Below, in pieces: positions 39,492-47,699 of a stretch of 64,000 nt of DNA. Each line of letters begins with the position of its first letter. The first letter of the stretch is position 1. The stretch comes from Eubacteriales bacterium. GTDB lineage: Bacteria; Bacillota; Clostridia; Oscillospirales; CAG-272. The DNA lies in assembly GCA_045635885.1 (NCBI GenBank), contig JAZTWO010000077.1:10080-74079 (forward strand), in the 5' to 3' direction. The notes below the pieces were generated by a model that was not told the DNA's origin, did not search any database, and saw only the letters and a program-made list of their open reading frames with translations. The translations under genes were made by a program, and so were the position numbers.

Positions 39492-42263
39492 ATGAAAAAA
39501 CATCTCTTACATCTATTATCCGGGATTTTGGCACTTACTTTTGTTGTTTTAACCTGCACTATTATAATAAGTGCAAACAATTCTATTTGGATAACAAGCG
39601 GCATTTCCGATCCTACAGATTATGACTATTCCTTTGCAATCGTGGGTGATACTCAAAAGTTAGTTCCTCATTATGCAAATAAGCTCGTTTTGGACCGTAA
39701 CGATCCCGACGAAATAAAATACAAATACAATTATGACGTTCACGAATACCCTGCAAACGATACGTTTGTCAAGGTTTATGATTACATAATTAATAACGCA
39801 CAAGATAAGAAAATCGCTCACGTATTCGGTCTTGGCGACATTACAGAGCGAGCTTCTGTTTGGGATTGGGTACAAAAAGGTTGTCCCTATGCTCCCGATG
39901 AAGAATTTTCTATTGCTATAGAACAGTTTAAGCGTATGCAGGCAGCAGGACTTGACTTTTCACTTGTTCGTGGTAATCACGAGTCTTGGGATACTTACAA
40001 TAAGTATCTTGGTACAGGAGAAGCAAGCGCTGATTTGAATTATGCCGATATGGTTGATGATGTTTACGTTCATCCCAACGGAACCGTTGACTATACCAAC
40101 ACAATTCACTATTTTTCCGCAGGCAACCTTGATTATATGGTAATTACACTTGACTACGGGGCAAGTGATAGTGTTTTAAAGTGGGCTAGTGAAAGAATTG
40201 AGGCAAATCCTTATAAAAACGTAATTATAACTACACATGCTTATATGTATCGCGACGGAACTACCATTGATACGAATGATGCTCCTGCTCCGTCAAGTGA
40301 TTCCGATAATATAGTGTACGATAAATCCAATATCAACAACGGCGATGATATGTGGAATAAATTAATTTCAAAGCATGCTAATATCGTTCTCGCAATGAGT
40401 GGACATGACCCGACAGATGAAATTGTAATGTCACAGTGGCAGGGTGTTAACGGAAACACAGTTACAAATATTCTTATCGACCCACAGGGGATGGATAAAT
40501 ACTATTACCAAAACGGTTGCTCGGGCGCTGTTGCGATGTTCTATTTTTCAAATGGTGGAAAAACCGTTGACGTTAGATATTGGTCAACTGCAAACAATGC
40601 TTATATCAAAACAAACAATCAGTTTAGATTTAACATCAACGTAATTGATGCTGATTATACAGTTGTAAATAGAGGAATAGCAGAATTGCCCGAAGTAGCT
40701 AACATAACTCTTGATAATTATGCAAAGATACATGAGCTTTGGGATATCTACAGCGCTATGTCCGACACAAACAAAGCAAAGGTTATTGACTCCGCAAAAT
40801 TGATTCAGGCGTATGAAAAAATTGAGGGAATAACACCCACTGATAAGTATACAATTACTTGGAACGTGGCTGGAACAACATCTACATCTTCCGTTTCCTA
40901 TGGCGAAATTCCTAAATTTGATGGCTCTACATATAAAATTGGCAAGACATTCATCGGTTGGTCAACTGAAGAAGATGGAGGAGTAACAACTCTTACTGGA
41001 GCAACTGCAGATGCAACCTATTATGCAGTATTTTCCGACGTGAGTGTTTGGGACGGTTTCATTCCCGAGATTTCCGATACTGATACAGCAGACACCCTTT
41101 TTGAAGGTGAAGGAACAAAGGAAAATCCATATCTTATTCAATCTGCAAACGACCTTGCAAAACTTTCGGCATTGACAAAGGGCAAGAATTTTGGAAATAG
41201 CTCAATGTACTTTAAGCAAACCATTGATATTGATTTGACTGCAGGAAACTGGCAGCCGATTTGTACAGACATAGAATTTCCCGACAACAAGTGGACACAA
41301 TGGTATACTTTTGACGCAAATTATGACGGCGACGGTCATACAATTACACTCAAGGAAGCTTCTATGAAATTTAGTTTTGGTTTGTTTGGTGCACTTAAGG
41401 GAAGTGTAAGTAATCTCGTTATTGACGGAACAATCAAAGCTACAGGTTATGTGGGAGCTTTGGTTGGTCAAGCGCACAACGGCGCAGTTATTACCAATGT
41501 AACCAATAAAGTTGATATTAACGGTAAAGGAAATCAAGTTGGTGGATTGATTGGTAACGTTGCTAACGAAGCAAACGTAACAATAATAAATTGTAAAAAC
41601 GAAGGCAATATTACTGCAAATGGTTCATTTGTTGGAGGTATTGTTGGTGGCGGATGGGCAAACGTTAAGATTTCAGGCACAACAAACGCTGGTAATGTTA
41701 CAGGCATTTCTAATGTTGGTGGAATTATTAGCGAATTGTGGATGAATGGTGAAGTAAACGATTGCACAAATAGCGGAAAAATCACTGCAGGTTCAACTGT
41801 AGCAACTAAAAACGTTGGTACAGATACTTTGTTTGTGGGTAATTTAATCGGTAAGAGCAATATCAAGCGTACTATTACTTGGATTGTGGATGGCGTTTCT
41901 TCTTCTGCGCAGGTGGAATACGGATCTAACCCCATCTTTGGAGAAATTCCCGCTAAAGAAGCAACAGATGAATATACATATACTTTTGCAGGTTGGGCTA
42001 CCTCAATTGATGGAGATCCCGTTGCAGAGAGTGATTTGCCGGCGGTAACTCAGGACGTAACCTATTATGCAATATTTGCGGAAGAGAAGAAAGATAATAC
42101 TACAGATACAGGAGATCCTAACGAACCCAATGATCCGAGTGAACCTAATGATCCCGAAGATCCTACCAAGCAGGATGAGGAACCCGAGAAACTTGGTTTC
42201 TTTGCAAGACTTTTGAGAGCTATTATTAATTTCTTTAAACAACTTTTTGGTATAAAAGTGTAA
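39492..42263 (+). CDS. Secreted metallophosphoesterase + GLUG-like module + Pro/Asp linker + C-terminal amphipathic tail
   Basis: Signal peptide; GDTQ/GDIT/GNHE/THAY/SGH; GEGTKENPYLIQS, VGGIVG; DPNEPNDPSEP; GFFARLLRAIINFFKQLFG. Confidence 0.85.
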   Translation: MKKHLLHLLSGILALTFVVLTCTIIISANNSIWITSGISDPTDYDYSFAIVGDTQKLVPHYANKLVLDRNDPDEIKYKYNYDVHEYPANDTFVKVYDYIINNAQDKKIAHVFGLGDITERASVWDWVQKGCPYAPDEEFSIAIEQFKRMQAAGLDFSLVRGNHESWDTYNKYLGTGEASADLNYADMVDDVYVHPNGTVDYTNTIHYFSAGNLDYMVITLDYGASDSVLKWASERIEANPYKNVIITTHAYMYRDGTTIDTNDAPAPSSDSDNIVYDKSNINNGDDMWNKLISKHANIVLAMSGHDPTDEIVMSQWQGVNGNTVTNILIDPQGMDKYYYQNGCSGAVAMFYFSNGGKTVDVRYWSTANNAYIKTNNQFRFNINVIDADYTVVNRGIAELPEVANITLDNYAKIHELWDIYSAMSDTNKAKVIDSAKLIQAYEKIEGITPTDKYTITWNVAGTTSTSSVSYGEIPKFDGSTYKIGKTFIGWSTEEDGGVTTLTGATADATYYAVFSDVSVWDGFIPEISDTDTADTLFEGEGTKENPYLIQSANDLAKLSALTKGKNFGNSSMYFKQTIDIDLTAGNWQPICTDIEFPDNKWTQWYTFDANYDGDGHTITLKEASMKFSFGLFGALKGSVSNLVIDGTIKATGYVGALVGQAHNGAVITNVTNKVDINGKGNQVGGLIGNVANEANVTIINCKNEGNITANGSFVGGIVGGGWANVKISGTTNAGNVTGISNVGGIISELWMNGEVNDCTNSGKITAGSTVATKNVGTDTLFVGNLIGKSNIKRTITWIVDGVSSSAQVEYGSNPIFGEIPAKEATDEYTYTFAGWATSIDGDPVAESDLPAVTQDVTYYAIFAEEKKDNTTDTGDPNEPNDPSEPNDPEDPTKQDEEPEKLGFFARLLRAIINFFKQLFGIKV

Positions 42264-42288
42264 AATAAAGTTTCTCATAAATAATTTA

Positions 42289-42320
42289 AGAGCCTTGGCA
42301 TTTATGTGCCAAGGCTCTTT
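42289..42320. terminator. Intergenic hairpin, copy 2; likely bidirectional terminator
   Basis: Same 12-bp arms as 39361-39390, different loop, followed by T-tract. Confidence 0.8.
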
Positions 42321-42326
42321 TCGATT

Positions 42327-42520
42327 TGGTGGACTCAAAGGGAAGTCGCTCTTGGATTTTGCAAAGCAAGGAGCAAAAATGGGGAAGTTATGCTTCGCAA
42401 AATCCTTCGGTCACCGTTCAAAAACAGTCAACCGGACTGTTTTTTCACTGCGTTCGATTCCCCTCATCTTATTATCGGGCAAAATTAAAAGAGAGGGATA
42501 AAACCCCTCTCTTTCAATTT
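42327..42520 (-). repeat. tmRNA-tail repeat unit B (194 bp), degenerate tmRNA 3' end
   Basis: TGGTGGACTCAAAGGGAA matches the ssrA 3' end at 15/18; colinear with unit A. Confidence 0.85.
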
Positions 42521-42716
42521 TGGTGGACCCGAGGGGAAGTCGCTCTTGGATTTTGCGAGGCAGGGAGCAAAAGGGGTGTAGTTTATGCCTCGCAAAATCC
42601 TTCGGACACCGTTCAAAAACAGCGCACTGTGCTGTTTTTTCACTGCGTTCGATTCCCCTCATATTATTTCCGTGCAAAAACAAAAGAAGCACACTTGCGT
42701 GTGCCTCTTTTATTTT
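42521..42716 (-). repeat. tmRNA-tail repeat unit A (196 bp), exact 18-bp tmRNA 3' end
   Basis: 42521-42538 identical to 42717-42734; internal hairpins; inverted T-arm copy at 42647-42660. Confidence 0.88.
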
Positions 42717-43109
42717 TGGTGGACCCGAGGGGAATCGAACCCCTGTCCGAAAACCTCTTGATATGACCTTCTCCGTGGGCAGTCAGTTTTTATTTCTTCC
42801 CACTATCCGTCGCCAACTGACAGGCAACGTTTAGTCCGTAGCACCTTTCTGCTTGATCGGTTCAGGTGCGACCACCGATGCAAGTTCACCACTAACATCA
42901 CGCTCAGTCCGCAGTCGTGGTCCTCTGCGGAGGAACGGGTGACCCGCAGGTCACAGCACTGCCAATTGAAGCGCCCTAAGGCGCGTCAATTAGGCAGCCA
43001 TAGCAACAGTATTGTTGTCGTTTAATTTTAAATTTGAGCAGTTATCGGGATTACTCAGCCCGCCACGCTTATCATACCTCAAAATCCCCGTCGAAACCAT
43101 TACGAGCCC
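42717..43109 (-). ncRNA. ssrA: tmRNA; predicted tag (A)DNNTVAMAA
   Basis: 5' GGGCTCGTAATGGTTTCGAC and 3' GGGGTTCGATTCCCCTCGGGTCCACCA form an acceptor stem with G3.U; internal GAC AAC AAT ACT GTT GCT ATG GCT GCC TAA; TTGATT-17-TATAAT upstream (43152-43124); smpB in window. Confidence 0.95.
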
Positions 43110-43229
43110 ATGTATGATGCCTTATTATACACCATTTTTGTAAAATAATCAATAGATTTTTGTCAAAAACAAATTTTATATTGCTATTTTAATAAAAATA
43201 TGTTATTATGAACATAAAGAGGTGTTTTC

Positions 43230-43766
43230 ATGAATAAAAGAAGTGAAATGATTGTTTTTGATGATTGGAATGTCAGAGACTTACAGCAATATGAATCAAG
43301 AATAAAGGATTTCAAATTTGTATCCTATATGTTCTTGGTTTTTGATATAGTGCTTTTGATTGCTGGATGCTTTAACTGGTATGCGTTTGTAGGATTATTC
43401 TTTTTTGTTTTGGCTGAATTTTGCGTTTATTTGGAATGGTTGAAAACTAAAAATTATCATTTGATAATAAAAGAAAATTCTATAGAAATTACAAATAGAT
43501 TTAAAAAGACGGTTGTTTATGATGTTGACTATAGTAAGTGTTCTTTGATATTAACTAAAAATTTTGCTCGAGGCGGTGGTATATACTTAACTTTTGTTGA
43601 CTCAAATAATAAAAAAATATGTCGATATGAGGACTTGATTAACAACGCTTCTTACTTAAATAATCCGTTGAATAGCTGGGAAAAGGGTCTGAGATCATTG
43701 GGTATACCAATAATTGATAAACAATATATATTTAAGAATAATTTGTATAATGAAAGGAAAATTTAA
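43230..43766 (+). CDS. Hypothetical membrane protein (2 TM + small beta-rich domain)
   Basis: GAGGTG RBS, TTGCTA-17-TATTAT promoter, two hydrophobic helices. Confidence 0.7.
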   Translation: MNKRSEMIVFDDWNVRDLQQYESRIKDFKFVSYMFLVFDIVLLIAGCFNWYAFVGLFFFVLAEFCVYLEWLKTKNYHLIIKENSIEITNRFKKTVVYDVDYSKCSLILTKNFARGGGIYLTFVDSNNKKICRYEDLINNASYLNNPLNSWEKGLRSLGIPIIDKQYIFKNNLYNERKI

Positions 43767-43999
43767 TGATATTTAGTATATTCAAAAAGAAGCCCCGAAA
43801 GCCAGATTGGCCGGAAGAGGCGAAATACAAATACCGTGATTTTGTTAGATTCCGCCACCGTGGTGAGCTTCATTTTGGCTTTACTCACGAAGCCAAGCTT
43901 GTGGACGGAGAAGTGTTATATACAATTCAAATGGGTGGCGAATGTCCCACATTTGTTTACAATTATAAAGAAAATCAAATTGTTGGAAAGGTGAACTGA
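43766..43999 (+). CDS. Small hypothetical protein
   Basis: GAAAGGA RBS, TAATG coupling to upstream gene, ends 1 nt before the next ATG. Confidence 0.65.
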   Translation: MIFSIFKKKPRKPDWPEEAKYKYRDFVRFRHRGELHFGFTHEAKLVDGEVLYTIQMGGECPTFVYNYKENQIVGKVN

Positions 44000-44000
44000 T

Positions 44001-45824
44001 ATGAAAAAAATAGTTTTATTCATTCTCATTTTGTCAATGCTTTTATCATTGGTGGCTTGCTTTGACACCACGGTTACGACAAACACAACTTCAAATCCCA
44101 TTATGACCACAGTTGTTCCTAAACCCACAACAACTACGTCGACTACTACTGTTTCAATTACAACCGGCAATGGCGGTGGCAATCCCGACCCCGATATAGC
44201 ACAGTTTATTCAGGAAGTTAAGGCATCTAATGAGCAGATTGTTGTTACCATAGACACAAAATATGCCGAGAAATATGAGGTTTATTACAAAAAGGTAACT
44301 GATGATGAGTACACAAAGCTTGACAGCAATTTGATGCTTGAAGGCGATGGCATTATCAATGCCTATATTCTTGGTATTAGCGCAGGCGAATACGAAGTTG
44401 AGGTAAAGGCAATTGGACTTGGTTATAACGTTGCCCAAAACATCTCTGTTTCTGCGCAGGACAGAAGCGGTTATGCTCATTTTGGCGCAACCGAGGGTGT
44501 AGGCGCATACAATAACGACGGTACTGTTAAAGAGGGAACAAAGATTATCTACGTCACCAACGAAAACAAGAACACAGTTACTTGTACAATTAACGGAACT
44601 GAATATGTAGGCCTTGTTAACATTCTTCAAGCGCAGTACAAGTCAAGCACGCCCATGCTTATTCGTATTATCGGTAAGATTACAACAAACCAATGGAATT
44701 ACAAGAACGTAGAGCCACGTCTTACAGACGGTTCGAATGCGACAAGTGATTTCTTTGAAAATACATTCTCAAATGAATACGGTGAAAATCTTGCAAATCT
44801 TATTGTTAAGATCAACAACAAGGGTAGTGAGCCAGCTACATACAACTACAAAACCACTCCAGAAGGACTTACCGACGTTAGAGTAACGGGTACAAGCTCA
44901 TCAACAACAAGCTATAAAGGAACTGATTTCCCCTCTTTGAGTGGCAAATCCGTTTACGATGACGATTCTTACTACAACATGCTTGAGGTTAAGGGCTCAA
45001 AGAACATTACGATTGAGGGTGTTGGTCCTGATGCAGAGATTTTCCAATTTGGTATTGGCTTTGAAGAAAGCAGCAATATTGAAATTAAAAATCTTACATT
45101 TACCGATTATCCCGAGGATGCGCTCAACTTCCTTGGTGGTGACAGAGAAGACCTTGCCAATCACGGAAGATATTGGGTACACAATTGTACTTTCAACCGT
45201 GGATACAATGCTTGGGACGTTTCAGGTGAGAGAGATAAATATGCCGGCGACGGTTCGATTGACTTTAACAACGTTTCTAACCTCACACTGGCATACAACT
45301 ATTTCAACAACCCCAAAAAGACAATGCTTTTCGGTAGCTCCGACTCTCAGGGTTGCATGAATATGACAATGCACCACAACTATTTCTATAAGGTGGAATC
45401 AAGAATTCCCCTTGGCAGAAACGCAAATATTCACTCATACAACAACTATTTTGATCAGTGCAAGAACGTTTCTGACTTGAGAAAAAATTCATATTTGTTT
45501 AGCGAAAACAACTATTTTAATTCCACTTCAAAGCCATTTATTCTTTCGTCAAGCTACGTTAAATCATTTGGCGACAAGTTTGTTTCTTCAAGCAATAGCG
45601 GTGCAACAATCGTTACTGACAGAACAAAGACTTTGAGTGGTTCTTGCAAGCCCGATAAGACGAACAATCTTATGAACTTTGACACAAACAGCGAGCTTTT
45701 CTATTATGATAGTGTGAATAAGAAGACGGACGTTAGCGTTATGATTAGCGCAAACGAGGTGCCCGATTTTGTTGCGAAGCACGCAGGCGCAGGTAAGTTT
45801 GAAAGCTTGAATATTACAGAATAA
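44001..45824 (+). CDS. Pectate lyase (PL1) lipoprotein with Thr-rich linker
   Basis: LVAC lipobox; WVHNCTF, DGSID, KTMLFGSSD, TMHHNYF, SRIP..R, HSYNNYF. Confidence 0.88.
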   Translation: MKKIVLFILILSMLLSLVACFDTTVTTNTTSNPIMTTVVPKPTTTTSTTTVSITTGNGGGNPDPDIAQFIQEVKASNEQIVVTIDTKYAEKYEVYYKKVTDDEYTKLDSNLMLEGDGIINAYILGISAGEYEVEVKAIGLGYNVAQNISVSAQDRSGYAHFGATEGVGAYNNDGTVKEGTKIIYVTNENKNTVTCTINGTEYVGLVNILQAQYKSSTPMLIRIIGKITTNQWNYKNVEPRLTDGSNATSDFFENTFSNEYGENLANLIVKINNKGSEPATYNYKTTPEGLTDVRVTGTSSSTTSYKGTDFPSLSGKSVYDDDSYYNMLEVKGSKNITIEGVGPDAEIFQFGIGFEESSNIEIKNLTFTDYPEDALNFLGGDREDLANHGRYWVHNCTFNRGYNAWDVSGERDKYAGDGSIDFNNVSNLTLAYNYFNNPKKTMLFGSSDSQGCMNMTMHHNYFYKVESRIPLGRNANIHSYNNYFDQCKNVSDLRKNSYLFSENNYFNSTSKPFILSSSYVKSFGDKFVSSSNSGATIVTDRTKTLSGSCKPDKTNNLMNFDTNSELFYYDSVNKKTDVSVMISANEVPDFVAKHAGAGKFESLNITE

Positions 45825-45837
45825 AAAATAATAATTA

Positions 45838-45880
45838 ACGGGAAAATGCGCTTGTATTTTCCCGTTTTTTGTGGTATGAT
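45838..45880 (+). terminator. Terminator overlapping the next promoter
   Basis: ACGGGAAAAT/ATTTTCCCGT + T-tract; TTGTAT-17-TATGAT (45852-45880) with TGn. Confidence 0.65.
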
Positions 45881-45908
45881 AATGTTAGAAAATGAAAGGA
45901 GTGCTAAA

Positions 45909-47012
45909 ATGAGCAGAAGATTTAGATTGACAACGGCACTTGACGTTGATGACGTTTTGCTTGAATGCATACCCTATGCAATAAAACTTGCAAATGAAAA
46001 ATATAAATTTGATCCGCCGCTTACTATATACGAGGTTGACCGTTGGGGCAAGCTTGGTACACGAGCAGACGTGATTTTTGAATTCTTTACCGAGGAGTTT
46101 TTCAGAACTCAGCCCGTTATCGAGGGGGCAAAGGAGTTCGTCAGAAAACTTTCAAAAATGACCGAGGTTTTTGTTTGTACATCTGTTTATCCACAGTTTA
46201 TGAGCATTCGTGCAGAGGTCATTATGCGTGAATTTCCCGAAATTCCACCCGAAAATATATACATGGCTTCACGCAAGGACAAGCTTAACGTTGACATCCT
46301 TTTTGATGACGGTATGCACAACGTTTTAAAGTCGAATGCGGCATATCCCATTCTTTTGCGTCGCCCTTGGAATCAAAATGCAACGGGAATGCTTTCGGTT
46401 AACAACTACGATGAGTTTTTGAAGCTTGTTGAGGTTATAAGCACAAGTTATTCTACAATGAAGGATGAGCAAAAAGACCCATCAATTGTGGCTTTGGTTG
46501 GACCTTCCGGCTCGGGAAAGAGTGAAATTGCCAAAAAGCTGCTTGAAAAAGAGCCGAGATTTGAAAAGCTTTTGAGTTACACAACAATTGACCCCACTTC
46601 AAACACAAAGGATGATTGGTATAGCTACGTTGACAAGGGCGAGTTCTTTAATATGATTGAAAACAACGAGCTTTTTCAATCTACAATGTATGCCGGTCAC
46701 GGATTTGGTTCGAAGCGAAAGGACGTTGACGAGCTTATTGGAGAGGGAAAAACCGTTCTTACAATTATGGATATTTGTGGTGCAATGTCACTTAAAACGC
46801 ACTACAAAGACGTTGTAACGGTTTATATTAAACGTGACAAGCGTGATCTTTTGACCTCGATTCTTTCTAAAAACAGTACCAATGAAGACAAGGTTAACCG
46901 CATTATTTCAATTGACCACGAAAGACGAAACGAAGAAATTTGCGACTATGTGGTTGAAAATATGGGTGACGTGGATTCTGTTGCAGATAAAATAATTGAA
47001 CTTTTATTCTAA
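45909..47012 (+). CDS. HAD 5'(3')-nucleotidase-like domain fused to a guanylate-kinase-like domain
   Basis: LDVDDVL, VCTS, ILFDD, RPWN; then GPSGSGKS, SYTT; GAAAGGAG RBS before ATG 45909. Confidence 0.82.
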   Translation: MSRRFRLTTALDVDDVLLECIPYAIKLANEKYKFDPPLTIYEVDRWGKLGTRADVIFEFFTEEFFRTQPVIEGAKEFVRKLSKMTEVFVCTSVYPQFMSIRAEVIMREFPEIPPENIYMASRKDKLNVDILFDDGMHNVLKSNAAYPILLRRPWNQNATGMLSVNNYDEFLKLVEVISTSYSTMKDEQKDPSIVALVGPSGSGKSEIAKKLLEKEPRFEKLLSYTTIDPTSNTKDDWYSYVDKGEFFNMIENNELFQSTMYAGHGFGSKRKDVDELIGEGKTVLTIMDICGAMSLKTHYKDVVTVYIKRDKRDLLTSILSKNSTNEDKVNRIISIDHERRNEEICDYVVENMGDVDSVADKIIELLF

Positions 47013-47015
47013 AAG

Positions 47016-47046
47016 AAAAATCCTGACGATAAGTCAGGATTTTTTT
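47016..47046. terminator. Bidirectional intrinsic terminator
   Basis: AAAAATCCTGAC/GTCAGGATTTTT between convergent genes. Confidence 0.85.
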
Positions 47047-47051
47047 GTTTA

Positions 47052-47687
47052 TTATTTTTTGAATTTTTGAATGATGATGGGAGAAATTTTCTTTTCTGCG
47101 TACCAAACAAACAATGCGATTGCCGCACCAACAATGATGCCACCGTAAACGTCGGTTGGGAAGTGCACGCCAACATAGAGGCGAGAAAGTCCCATTAAAG
47201 TTGCAAAAACAAGTGTTACAATGCCAAATTTTTTGTGCTGTGTAAGCACTGTAAATGCAACTGCCATTGAAGAAACGGTGTGTCCTGATGGGAAGGAATA
47301 GGAAGAGGGAACGTGAATTAAATGCTTAATATCGGCAATCAATTCGGGGTGAGTAGCATAGGGACGGTGTCTTGCGATAACGTTTTTGAGAATGATATTG
47401 TTTGTAACAACCATCACTATCAATGCTGCAAGCACCATAATGCCGCATTTTCTTGTCTTTTTGGGAATGAGGAGAACAATGCCGAGCGCTATCCAGATAA
47501 TTCCGTCATCACCAAGAGTTGTATAAAAGGGAACAATCTTATTCAAAACATCATTTCTGATGTGCTTTTGAATGAAGAAGAGAATATTAAAGTCGAATTG
47601 TTTTAAAAGCAAGCCAAATAGAATGACTGCCACTGCAATTAACGCCATTTTTATGTAACTGTTGCGTTTTGAGTTGTTTTCTAACAT
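47052..47687 (-). CDS. PAP2 family membrane phosphatase
   Basis: K....R.RP, SFPSGH, SRLYVGVHFPTD. Confidence 0.93.
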   Translation of the reverse strand: MLENNSKRNSYIKMALIAVAVILFGLLLKQFDFNILFFIQKHIRNDVLNKIVPFYTTLGDDGIIWIALGIVLLIPKKTRKCGIMVLAALIVMVVTNNIILKNVIARHRPYATHPELIADIKHLIHVPSSYSFPSGHTVSSMAVAFTVLTQHKKFGIVTLVFATLMGLSRLYVGVHFPTDVYGGIIVGAAIALFVWYAEKKISPIIIQKFKK

Positions 47688-47699
47688 AAAAAATCTCCT

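Noticed and set aside
28637..42326. Integrative island bounded by a tmRNA att duplication
   Set aside because: The tmRNA end copies lie on the ssrA-proximal side only; I saw no distal att copy and no integrase
42327..42734. CRISPR array or extra tRNA genes
   Set aside because: Period is ~195 bp with homologous, not unique, intervening sequence; no cas genes; units lack a 5' acceptor half and anticodon arm
42295..42834. ORFs of 60-146 aa overlapping the tmRNA tail repeats
   Set aside because: They translate the non-coding repeat units and the tmRNA antisense strand; no RBS or protein motifs
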